From contig CBDFKD010000002.1 in NCBI GenBank assembly GCA_965248695.1, positions 992,001 through 1,056,000 of the forward strand: a stretch of DNA of 64,000 bases. Direction: 5' to 3'. Shown here piece after piece: positions 29,550 through 38,214 of this stretch (position 1 is the first letter of the stretch; every line of letters starts with the position of its first letter). Under the pieces are notes generated by a model. The model ran no database searches, had not been told where the DNA came from, and saw only the letters and a list, made by a program, of their open reading frames with translations. The DNA comes from Acidobacteriota bacterium. Its GTDB lineage: Bacteria; Acidobacteriota; UBA890; WLXD01. The position numbers and the translations under genes are program-made.

Positions 29550-30746
29550 ATGAGCTCTCAGTCAAACCGGTTCATCGCGACGGTCGTGATGGCGATGCTC
29601 GGGCTCGCCACCCCGACGTGGGCGCAGAAGGTGGACCAGATCCCCGCCCGTAACTTCGCGGAGCTTTCGCGGCGAGCCCTGCTGAGATCCGGCGATCGCC
29701 TTGAAGTAGTCACCCTCGAAGCAACACAAGCTGGCAAGTTTGCCGGCCTCATCGACGACAAGCTGCTCCTGAAGATCAAGGGAGTCACTGTGGTGCTGGA
29801 GGAGTCGTCCGTGCACCGCATCGAGCGCCGTGGAGATCCGGTGGGGAACGGCGCTCTTGCCGGCGGGGCGACGCTCGGCGTCGTCTTCTTACTCGCTGAA
29901 ACCGGTTGCGATAGGTGGTGCTTCGGTGCTGGACGCATGGCGGGAGCCGGCTTCGTGCTCGGGGCCGCCATTGGACTGATCGGTGACGCCCTACACAGCG
30001 CGCGCGACGCGGTGTACGAGCGTCCGGCCTCTCGCATGGCCCTGAATCCGGGCGATCTGGACGCGCTCCCGAACGCCTACTCCTCTCCGATCGCCAGGCA
30101 ACGTCCCGATCCGGGTCCGTGGGCAGGCCAGCGCTTTCGCCTCGCGGCCTTCGGTGGCAACAGCGCAAACGGAGGCCCGAGCAGCGAGGTGGAGCAGGCC
30201 ATGCGCTCGGCCGGGCTTACCGGACGCTCCTGCTTTTTCGGGTGCGTCGATTACCCGACGACCACGTCATCCATGCAATGGGGCGTCGAAGCCGGCTACC
30301 AGCTGAGCCGGCGCTTCGGCATTGGGATGACATGGATGAGCGCCGACCTCGGTAGGGTCTCCGGCAAGTTTGGCGCCTGGGATACCTTGACGCTGGAGCA
30401 CCGGCTCACGGGCCTCGCAACCACGTTCCAGGTGCATCCGTCCGACAAAGCGACCCTGAGCGTTGGACCTGCCCTCTACTCGCTGAGGGCGGGCGAGGCG
30501 GAGTGGACGTCGCCTGATCCGACGGAGTACACGGCCCGACGTTTGGGCCTGCTGGCGAGCGTCCACGCTCGACCGATACCGAGCTTCGGAGTGATGCTCC
30601 AATATCGCCTGGTCGGAAGCTCGCAACCTGGACCGTTCTCGTCGCACGGGCTTGTCCTGGCCGGCGAGTCGGCGGCGGCGTTCACGCACCCGAAGGTCAA
30701 CTACAGTCACCTGTTCCTGGGGGTATCGCTGAATCTGGCCCGATAG
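29550..30746 (+). CDS. Secreted hypothetical protein with glycine zipper and a probable C-terminal outer-membrane beta-barrel
   Basis: Signal peptide (TWA/Q), GALAGG...GAAIG, amphipathic strands ending LFLGVSLNL. Confidence 0.6.
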   Translation: MSSQSNRFIATVVMAMLGLATPTWAQKVDQIPARNFAELSRRALLRSGDRLEVVTLEATQAGKFAGLIDDKLLLKIKGVTVVLEESSVHRIERRGDPVGNGALAGGATLGVVFLLAETGCDRWCFGAGRMAGAGFVLGAAIGLIGDALHSARDAVYERPASRMALNPGDLDALPNAYSSPIARQRPDPGPWAGQRFRLAAFGGNSANGGPSSEVEQAMRSAGLTGRSCFFGCVDYPTTTSSMQWGVEAGYQLSRRFGIGMTWMSADLGRVSGKFGAWDTLTLEHRLTGLATTFQVHPSDKATLSVGPALYSLRAGEAEWTSPDPTEYTARRLGLLASVHARPIPSFGVMLQYRLVGSSQPGPFSSHGLVLAGESAAAFTHPKVNYSHLFLGVSLNLAR

Positions 30747-30750
30747 CTCG

Positions 30751-32511
30751 TCAGCCGGCCTGCTCCTGCTCGATGAACCAGTCGACGTGCTGCTCGAGAA
30801 CCTGCATCGGCAGCGCACCGTAGCTGAGGATGGCGTCGTGGAACCGCGCCAGATCGAAGCGGTCCCCGAGCGCCTCCTCGGCGCGGCGGCGCAGGTCCCA
30901 GAAGCGACGGGCACCCGTCTTGTACGCCAACGCCTGGCCGGGCATGTCGACCGAATAGCGAAGCGTCTCGCTGGCGATCTGCGTCTCCGATTCGAGAACG
31001 TGGTCGAGCATGAACGCGGTGGCGCGGGCGCGCGGCCAGCGCAGGTGGTTCATTCCGGTGTCGACCACAAGCCGCACGGAGATGAAGATGTCCATCGACT
31101 GTCGGCCGTAGGGATCGTCGTACAGCCCGGCCTCGACGCCGAGCGACGACGCGTAGTCGCCCCATCCCTCGGTGAAGGCGCCGAAGAAGGAATAGCGCCG
31201 GAAGTCGGCGAGCCCCGGGTTCTCGCTCTGCAGGTTGATGTGGAAGTGATGCCCGGGTATGAGCTCGTGATAGGTGAGCGCCTGCAGGAAGAGCATCGAG
31301 CGCTGATCCAGGTCGGAGCCGTTGTAGCGGTAGTAGCCCGTCGGCTCCGCCGCAGTGGGCACCTCGTAGGTACCGAACGTCATCCGGGGCTCGCGCTCCG
31401 GCTCGAGGCGTTTGACGCCATACGGCGCCGCGGGTCGACGCAGGAACATCGAGTCGATCTTGCCCTCCATCTCGGCCGCGTAGCCCATCAGCCGATCGTG
31501 GATTTGCCGGGCGGTGTCGGGGAAGAACTGCGGATCGGTCCTCAGAAACTGATGAAACTCGGCCTTGGTGCCCTCGTGACCGAGGTCGTCGCGCAGCGTG
31601 GCCATGGTCGCGTTGACGCGCGCGACTTCCTCCAGGCCGATCGCGTGCACCTCTTCCGGCGTGATGTCCAAGGTGGTGTGCTGGCGCACCTGGTATCGAT
31701 ACCAGTCCTCACCGCCAGGAAGCTGCCACGCGCCGACACCGACTGGCGACGCGCCACGATACGCCGCCCCGTCCAGCAGATCGACAATCTCTTGTAGCGC
31801 ACGATCGGAATCGGCGATGTACCCGTCCATCTGGGCGAGAAAGGCGTCTGACTCGTCGGCATCGACATCGTCAAGCCGGTCCGGGTGAACACTGAACAGG
31901 TTCCCCGGTCCATCACCGATCATCGAGGAGACGAATGGAATCACGGTGTCGAGCTCTTGCAGCGGGACGCGTATCCCCTGCCTCGCCTGGCCGCGCAACC
32001 GCGCCTGCACGGAATCGATGAACGCCACCCCGTCACCGAGCAAGCGTAAGTACAGGGCTCGATCGTCAATGCTGCTGAGCGGTCGGGTCGACATCACCTG
32101 CTGGAGCTGCGGCAGCGGCGAGGGATAGGGCGTCACCTCGAACCCGTACCAGTAGAACTGCGCCGCGTCGGCGATACTGCGCGCCTGCCAGCGCATCACC
32201 TCGAGATCGAGAACCGCGGCATGCGACAACGCCGCCACATCGACCTCCTCGAGCCGTTGCAGCAGCGACCGGGCGAAGGCGGCCGAGCGCTCTGCGTCGG
32301 CGGCCGTTGTGTAGTCGATTGACTCGATCGGTAGACCGAGCACCATGCGCATGTACATGCTGCGCTCGACCACATGATTCCAGTAACGTTCGCCTTCGCG
32401 GGCGACGGTGGCGGCGGCGCTCTGCGGGGCCACTTCGCCATGGGCTCCGGCAGTGGACAACGCCATCAACAGCGTCGTGGTCAACGCCGCTCGTTTCCGT
32501 AGCCTCGTCAA
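30751..32511 (-). CDS. DUF885 family secreted protein (putative metallopeptidase-like)
   Basis: YHELIPGHH, AFTEGWGDY, RLVVDTGM, PGQALAYK; TTG start with GGAG. Confidence 0.9.
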   Translation of the reverse strand: MTRLRKRAALTTTLLMALSTAGAHGEVAPQSAAATVAREGERYWNHVVERSMYMRMVLGLPIESIDYTTAADAERSAAFARSLLQRLEEVDVAALSHAAVLDLEVMRWQARSIADAAQFYWYGFEVTPYPSPLPQLQQVMSTRPLSSIDDRALYLRLLGDGVAFIDSVQARLRGQARQGIRVPLQELDTVIPFVSSMIGDGPGNLFSVHPDRLDDVDADESDAFLAQMDGYIADSDRALQEIVDLLDGAAYRGASPVGVGAWQLPGGEDWYRYQVRQHTTLDITPEEVHAIGLEEVARVNATMATLRDDLGHEGTKAEFHQFLRTDPQFFPDTARQIHDRLMGYAAEMEGKIDSMFLRRPAAPYGVKRLEPEREPRMTFGTYEVPTAAEPTGYYRYNGSDLDQRSMLFLQALTYHELIPGHHFHINLQSENPGLADFRRYSFFGAFTEGWGDYASSLGVEAGLYDDPYGRQSMDIFISVRLVVDTGMNHLRWPRARATAFMLDHVLESETQIASETLRYSVDMPGQALAYKTGARRFWDLRRRAEEALGDRFDLARFHDAILSYGALPMQVLEQHVDWFIEQEQAG

Positions 32512-32674
32512 CGGAGCCCTCCGGTCGCCGGGAACAATCGGCGGCGACTGTACGCCGCGATCGCGAGCACGGCAACGGGGCGCCCCGACGAACCGCGTGC
32601 AGTCGGTTCGCGAGACGCCCCGTCGAGGAGCAGCCGACGTGGACAGCCGGTTGCCGCAAGACTCCGGGTTCGAG

Positions 32675-34108
32675 CTACTGCGTCGAAAGCCCACTCGGCA
32701 CCCGCGCCGGCACGTCGCCACTCAGATCGAGCATCGCGGGGTCGGTCAGCGCGCGCAGGAAGGCGACGACATCGGCGATGTCCTGGTCGGACATACGCAT
32801 CGGGCGAGCATCGTTCTCAGCCGCAATCGCCGCCACACGTGCCGGGTCGTTCATCACCACGAAGTCCAGCGCATCGAGATCGCCACGCGACGGCAGGTAC
32901 GCTTGGCTGCGGTCGTAGTCGCGGATGGTGTTGCCCGGGTTCCGGTAGTGCCGCACGATGGCCTCGAGCGATCCGTAGGCGCCATCGTGGCCCCACGGGC
33001 CGGTAAGCTCGACATTGCGCAGCGAGGGCGTGCGGAACTCGAATCGATCCTGGCGGCTGCCGGTAACCTTCTCGCGCCCGAAATCGTCGTGGCCGTCGGG
33101 ACCGTCGCCGGTGCCCGGACCGATTTGCGGCATGGCGATGGCATGGAACCGCTGGTCGGTCTGGAACTGGCCAGCGTGGCATCGACTACAGCTTCCGCGC
33201 CGGTAGAACACGTTCATGCCGCGCTGCTGGGCGGCATTGAGTGCCGCCCGGTCGCCGCGCAGGAAGCGATCGAACGGACTGCCGTCGGATCGCCAGGTGG
33301 CCGCCTCGAATTGTGCAATGGCGTTGGCGACATGCACGAAGCTGATGTGTTCGGCACGGCGCACGCTACGGAAGGCGCCCTGGAACAGACCCACGTACTC
33401 GGGAATATCGCGCAGGCGGCCGGCGAGAAGATCCCAGACGCCGTCCTCGCCAGCAAGGCGCCCGGCGGCGGCGGCGGCACCGATCTCGTTCTCGTCCGCC
33501 TGGCCGGCCATCTCGGTGCCCGAGGTGGGCGGGAACATCGCCTGCGCCGCCAGCGCACTGTCGAGGCCTAGCGGCAACGCATCCCCGGCCGGAGAAAGGA
33601 AGCCCGACGGCTGCGACGCGTCGGCGGCGACACGGCCGTCGTGGAACATGCGATCAAACTGGCGCGCCCCGAGATTGAAGAGCGGCGGGGCGTTGGGCGG
33701 CACGCGTGCCTCGACGCCGGCGCGACGGCTGCCGGTAGTGCGCGCCTTTGCCAGACCGAGCCCGCCCTCACCAAGCGGCAGCGAAAGCCCATCGCCGGTG
33801 AAGGCGAGCGGGTTGTGACAGGTGGCGCAGGAGATGTTGCGGTTGCCGCTCAGAATCTCGTCGAAGAACAGCAGCCGCCCGAGCTCGACCACGTTGGCGT
33901 CGAATTGCCCGCCGTTGCGATAGTCGGCATCCACTACCGGGCGGATGTTGGGTCCAGGGCCCGGTCGCTGCGCGATGGCCACCGCCCCGAATGTGAGCAC
34001 CAGGCAGGCCGTTAGCGCGAGAACTGCCGCCGGGATCGGTGTACGGAACGGAGCTCTGCTCCGCCGCTTGGCCGAGTACTGCCGAGTAGTACGGGTCTGT
34101 ACGGACAA
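32675..34108 (-). CDS. Di-haem cytochrome c peroxidase/MauG superfamily protein
   Basis: LGRLLFFD, CATCH, FHDGR, CSRCH, FRTPSLRNV, PWGHDG; GGAGG RBS. Confidence 0.92.
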   Translation of the reverse strand: MSVQTRTTRQYSAKRRSRAPFRTPIPAAVLALTACLVLTFGAVAIAQRPGPGPNIRPVVDADYRNGGQFDANVVELGRLLFFDEILSGNRNISCATCHNPLAFTGDGLSLPLGEGGLGLAKARTTGSRRAGVEARVPPNAPPLFNLGARQFDRMFHDGRVAADASQPSGFLSPAGDALPLGLDSALAAQAMFPPTSGTEMAGQADENEIGAAAAAGRLAGEDGVWDLLAGRLRDIPEYVGLFQGAFRSVRRAEHISFVHVANAIAQFEAATWRSDGSPFDRFLRGDRAALNAAQQRGMNVFYRRGSCSRCHAGQFQTDQRFHAIAMPQIGPGTGDGPDGHDDFGREKVTGSRQDRFEFRTPSLRNVELTGPWGHDGAYGSLEAIVRHYRNPGNTIRDYDRSQAYLPSRGDLDALDFVVMNDPARVAAIAAENDARPMRMSDQDIADVVAFLRALTDPAMLDLSGDVPARVPSGLSTQ

Positions 34109-34161
34109 GCCGTCCTCCGTTGTTGCCTGCGCTCCAAGTCGGTCGGGGGGGACTCGATCCC

Positions 34162-34190
34162 TTAGACAACGGATGTCGGTTGTTCATTCC
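34162..34190 (-). promoter_or_regulatory. RpoE-like ECF promoter GGAATGA-N16-GTCTAA
   Basis: Close to the sigma-E consensus (GGAACTT-N16-GTCAAA/GTCTAA), about 55 nt upstream of the peroxidase start. Confidence 0.5.
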
Positions 34191-34240
34191 ACGCCGTCGG
34201 CGGCTTGCTCTGGTTGCCGGGCGAACCAAGGTACGGTGGC

Positions 34241-34735
34241 ATGATGGCCCTGAGACGCCTTGTCGAGAGCTACCTGCTCGAGGCTGGCACACGCACCGCC
34301 TGGATGTTGATGGCGACTTTTGTCGCCTGGGGCATCATCGCCGTCGCGATCGTGCTGTACGCGTCGCTCTCCGCCGTGCGCATCGTGTGGGCCACGACGC
34401 GCGCCGCCATTGGTGGCGGTGCCGTCAACATCACACTCGCCATCGTCATTTGGCTCTTCGTCGGCCTGACGCTCGTGCTCGCAGCCGCAGCCCGAGATGT
34501 CTGGCTTCGCCGGCGCGACCAGCGCTGGGCGGCCGAGACTGCTCTCGACAACCTGGAGTCGCTCCTCTACCCGGATAGCAACAGCACCGCCCACCTGGAA
34601 CGGGTGCGCGATCGACTGGCGGTGCGCGCCCTGGAGTCCATGGAACAGCGAGTACCCGGACGGGCAATATCCAAGGATGTAGGCATCGAGGCGCGCCCGG
34701 TCGCGCTCGACGTCCCAGAGCGCGAAGGAGGCTAG
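34241..34735 (+). CDS. Hypothetical membrane protein (2 TM)
   Basis: Two hydrophobic helices; fills the gap between flanking genes. Confidence 0.55.
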   Translation: MMALRRLVESYLLEAGTRTAWMLMATFVAWGIIAVAIVLYASLSAVRIVWATTRAAIGGGAVNITLAIVIWLFVGLTLVLAAAARDVWLRRRDQRWAAETALDNLESLLYPDSNSTAHLERVRDRLAVRALESMEQRVPGRAISKDVGIEARPVALDVPEREGG

Positions 34736-35115
34736 CGGATCACCCGGATGTCGATCGCCAGATCCAGTTCCGCCCAGCGACGATCTGCGGTCAGGACGGT
34801 ACGCTCCAGCTCCTGACCAACGGCCAAGCAGGCCCGATCACCCAGCGCCAGGCCGACGTGCCGTGTTTCGCGGCGCAGCGCCCCGACCCGATGGGCCAGC
34901 GCCTCGTCGAAGTCAACGATCCGGATCCCCAGGCCGGCGAGAGCCGCTCGCGCCGCCGCATCCGCCACGCCATGGTCGACCAGCTTGCTCACGACCTCCG
35001 CGAGATTGACCGCCGACAGCAGGGCGCCGGGAATAGCCTTCGCCACCTCGGCGGCGCCAGGCTCGCCGTTGAGCAGAGCAAGTACAGCGGAAGCATCCAG
35101 AACCGGCGGGCTCAT
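34732..35115 (-). CDS. vapC: VapC PIN-domain toxin
   Basis: VLDASAVLALLNGEPG, SAVNLAEV, LALGDRACLA, VLTADRRW. Confidence 0.92.
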   Translation of the reverse strand: MSPPVLDASAVLALLNGEPGAAEVAKAIPGALLSAVNLAEVVSKLVDHGVADAAARAALAGLGIRIVDFDEALAHRVGALRRETRHVGLALGDRACLAVGQELERTVLTADRRWAELDLAIDIRVIR

Positions 35116-35405
35116 CGCCGGTGCACGTCGCTCGATGGGTTCGCGACGCGACGCGACGCATCGTCGCGATCCTCGTGTCGGCGCTCCCGAAGCAACTCAT
35201 CGACCAGACTCGTCTGGCGGTCGACGTGACGACGTACGAGTTCCTGGGCGTAGGCAACCGCCTGCTCCGGCGTTCTGAGCCAGATTCCCCCGTCGTGGAC
35301 GCTCAAGACCACCTCCTGGCCCACCTCGATTCCCAGTTCCTTGCGCTGCCTTGATGGGATGACCACGCGGCCGCCCTTTCCCACCCGTGTAACCGCATCG
35401 CTCAT
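35112..35405 (-). CDS. AbrB/MazE-type antitoxin
   Basis: TRVGKGGRVVIP...RKELGIEVG, SLVDELLRERR; ATGA overlap with the toxin. Confidence 0.9.
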   Translation of the reverse strand: MSDAVTRVGKGGRVVIPSRQRKELGIEVGQEVVLSVHDGGIWLRTPEQAVAYAQELVRRHVDRQTSLVDELLRERRHEDRDDASRRVANPSSDVHRR

Positions 35406-35423
35406 CGGTCCACGATATCACGA

Positions 35424-35453
35424 TCGTGTCATGAATTATAAGTCCTGACACGA
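35424..35453 (-). promoter_or_regulatory. TA operator TCGTGTCA-N14-TGACACGA enclosing a TATAAT -10 box
   Basis: Perfect 8-bp inverted repeat; ATTATA at 35435-35440 is TATAAT on the minus strand. Confidence 0.7.
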
Positions 35454-35525
35454 GACTAGAAATGTGGGATCAATGACAATTGCCGCCGGCTTCGCCGCGA
35501 CGCGCGCCAGGAAGCCTCCCTCACC

Positions 35526-37103
35526 TCAGTTCACCCTGCGCTCCTGGCCTTCCCAGAACTGCTCGCGCAGACGGAACTTCTGCAGCTTGCCGGTGGCGGT
35601 GCGCGGCAGCGCGTCGATGAACTTCACGCCGGTCGGACACTTGAAGTGGGCCAGGTGCTGGCGGGAGAAGTCGATCAAGGTCTGCTCGTCGGCAGTCTCG
35701 TCGTCGCGTAGCACCACCAGCGCCATTGGCGTCTCGCCCCATTTCTCGTGCGGTACACCGATAACGGCGCACTCCAGCACCGCGGGATGCTGATAGAGCG
35801 CGTCTTCCACCTCGGCGGAGCTGACGTTCTCGCCGCCGGAGATGATGACGTCCTTCTTGCGATCGACGATGTTGACGTTGCCGACCTCGTCCCACACGGC
35901 CAGGTCACCGGTGTGGAAGTAGCCGCCGCGGATGGCCTTCTCGGTCTCCTCGGGCTGCTCCCAGTAGCCCTCGAACACGACATTGGAGCGCGCGCAGATC
36001 TCACCGACGGTCTCGTTGTCCGGCGGCACCCGGTTGCCGTCGTCATCGAGCAGCACAATGTCGACTCCGAGACCCGGAACCCCGACGCGCGAGCGGCGGT
36101 CGTAGTCGTCCGGCGCGGTGCCGTGACTGACGAGGTTGCCGGTCAGGTAGGGCGACGTCTCGGTGAGCCCGTAGATCTGGATGAAGTCCCAGCCGAGCTC
36201 TTTCTCGAGGCGCTCGATGAAGGCCGCCGGGGGTGGAGCGCCGGCAACCACGAAACGTGGCGTCGTGCGGATCTCGTGCCTGTCGGCGTCGGGATACTCC
36301 AGGATCGCGTTGAGCACCGCCGGGGCCATGCAGGCAAAGGTCACACCCTCTTCGGAGATGAGGGTAAAGATGCGCTCGGCATCCACAGCCCGCAGCACCA
36401 CGTGGGTGCCGCCCATACCGGTGAGGGCGTAGACCGCGCCCCAGCCGTTGCAATGGAACATCGGCAGCGTCCACAGCTCGACGTCGTCATGGCGAATACC
36501 GAGGTGAGCGATCATCAGGTGCGCGTTCACGTAGAGGCTCCGATGCGTCAGCATCACGCCCTTCGGACGTGCGGTGGTACCAGACGTGTAGTTGATCGAC
36601 GCCAGATCGTTCTCGTCGAGCTCCGGCCGAGGAGGAGAATCGTCGCCAACGTCGGCGATCAGCGTCTCCCAGTCAGTCCATCCGTCGGGCGCTTCGCCGT
36701 CGTCCTGAGCCACGACCCAGTGTTCGACGCTCGGCAGCTCTGACCGAATGCCGTCTACGAGCTCGGTATATTCGTGGTCCACCAGCCCGACCTTCACGCC
36801 GGCATGATTGAGGATGTACTGATGCTCGGCGGCCTGGAGGCGGAAGTTCAGCGGCACCAGAACGGCGCCGATCTGACTGGTTCCGTAGAAACTCTCCAGA
36901 AAGAAGTGTGAGTTGGGGCTGAGCATACAAACGCGGCCGCCCTTGCCGACGCCGAGCTTCAGAAGCGCATTGGACAGGCGGTTGGCGCGCAATTGGAGGT
37001 CACGGTAGGAGAAGCGCCCCTCCCCGTCGACGATCGCGGTCTTATCGGGATACAACAACGCCGGTCGGGACAGGAAATCGTTGACCAGCAGCGGTACGTG
37101 CAT
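35526..37103 (-). CDS. Acyl-CoA synthetase (AMP-forming)
   Basis: YTSGTTARPKG, PMFHCNGW, YGLTET, FHTGD, DRKKDVIISGGEN, TGKLQK. Confidence 0.95.
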   Translation of the reverse strand: MHVPLLVNDFLSRPALLYPDKTAIVDGEGRFSYRDLQLRANRLSNALLKLGVGKGGRVCMLSPNSHFFLESFYGTSQIGAVLVPLNFRLQAAEHQYILNHAGVKVGLVDHEYTELVDGIRSELPSVEHWVVAQDDGEAPDGWTDWETLIADVGDDSPPRPELDENDLASINYTSGTTARPKGVMLTHRSLYVNAHLMIAHLGIRHDDVELWTLPMFHCNGWGAVYALTGMGGTHVVLRAVDAERIFTLISEEGVTFACMAPAVLNAILEYPDADRHEIRTTPRFVVAGAPPPAAFIERLEKELGWDFIQIYGLTETSPYLTGNLVSHGTAPDDYDRRSRVGVPGLGVDIVLLDDDGNRVPPDNETVGEICARSNVVFEGYWEQPEETEKAIRGGYFHTGDLAVWDEVGNVNIVDRKKDVIISGGENVSSAEVEDALYQHPAVLECAVIGVPHEKWGETPMALVVLRDDETADEQTLIDFSRQHLAHFKCPTGVKFIDALPRTATGKLQKFRLREQFWEGQERRVN

Positions 37104-37133
37104 CGGGATCTCCGTCTATCGGCGCGTACGGCC

Positions 37134-38171
37134 CTATCGCCCGCGCGTCAGGGTGCCACAGCCCGACGGCACCACTTCGTTGTCCGGATCGGTCTGCGGC
37201 GCCAGCTTCAGTACTTCGAAGCGATCGAGGGGGATGTTGTTGAGGTACACGTAGCGACGATCCGGCAACGACCCGGCATAGGCGTCGTGGTCGTAGCTCA
37301 TCGGGTGCACCGCCTGCAGCTCCACGCCGCCGCCGTTGTCGGCCAGGATCATGCCGTACTTCTGCGCCGCCTCAGCAATGATGCGCTCGTAGCGGGTGAG
37401 GCCGAGCGAATCGAGATCGAGGTCGGGGTCGAGCCGCAGCCGCGCCCCCTCCGGGATGGCGTCGGACCGGCGTGAGTGCCCGTCGCTCTCGGTGGCCGGT
37501 TCCACCGGGCCGCCTCGCTTCGGGTAGTTGTAACTGAACTCCAGGGCGTGCTCGATGACCCCGGCTATGAGCTCGTCGGGGAAGATCATCCCCGCCGGCA
37601 CGGCAAAGCCGGAGCCGCGCGCCGAAAGACCCTTGGGGAAGATGCCGTTGCCGTCGGTGCGCAGGCTGTTGCCCCACGAGGCTTGCCATCTAGCGCCCTT
37701 CTTCTTGGCGCGCCAGAAGTCGAACTCACACCCGGAGTCCTTGTCGATCACCACCATATGACCGTCGCCGGCCGGGTCGGGAGCTGCGCCATCAGGGATC
37801 GGCACGCCCTCGAACCATTTCGCCGGTGCCCACTTGGCGGTCATCTTGACGCGATATCGGGGGGTGGTGCTATCGGCGTAGTAGACCGGCGTCGTCCAGC
37901 GCTTGAGAGCAAACAAGAAACCCTGCTTGCGGCCGGCGCGCACCAGGCTGCCGATCATGTGTGCCGATTTCGGATCGACCTCGGCCCCGTCGGGGATCAT
38001 CTGGTTGAACGGGCTGTCCTCTGAATACAGTCGCTCAACCCGCACGGGTCTGCCGGCACCGAGGACCGCCGTCCCGACTGCCGCCACACCGGCTAGTCCG
38101 GCGGCCAGCGGCAAGACCCGTCGACGTATCGGGATGCGGAGCAATCGCGCCCGGGGCGCGCCGGTGCTCAT
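37134..38171 (-). CDS. Conserved-looking secreted hypothetical protein
   Basis: RR + hydrophobic leader; DGHMVVID, IEHAL, PEGARLRL, KYGMILADNGG. Confidence 0.7.
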   Translation of the reverse strand: MSTGAPRARLLRIPIRRRVLPLAAGLAGVAAVGTAVLGAGRPVRVERLYSEDSPFNQMIPDGAEVDPKSAHMIGSLVRAGRKQGFLFALKRWTTPVYYADSTTPRYRVKMTAKWAPAKWFEGVPIPDGAAPDPAGDGHMVVIDKDSGCEFDFWRAKKKGARWQASWGNSLRTDGNGIFPKGLSARGSGFAVPAGMIFPDELIAGVIEHALEFSYNYPKRGGPVEPATESDGHSRRSDAIPEGARLRLDPDLDLDSLGLTRYERIIAEAAQKYGMILADNGGGVELQAVHPMSYDHDAYAGSLPDRRYVYLNNIPLDRFEVLKLAPQTDPDNEVVPSGCGTLTRGR

Positions 38172-38214
38172 GGAGACGTGGGCTCGAGCAAATGCCCGTC
38201 AGGCCGTCGGTTCA

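Noticed and set aside
31095-31125. Apparently shortened DPYGRQSMD motif in the DUF885 protein
   Set aside because: The frame is preserved and I cannot confirm a deletion without an alignment.
35143-35160. (GCGAC)x3 microsatellite in the antitoxin 3' end as a phase-variation switch
   Set aside because: Only three units, and the ATGA coupling to the toxin is intact.
3384-37103. Complete DMSP demethylation pathway assembled from dispersed genes (DmdA-like, acyl-CoA ligase, hydratase, Qor)
   Set aside because: The genes are unlinked members of very large families; nothing in the sequence ties them together.
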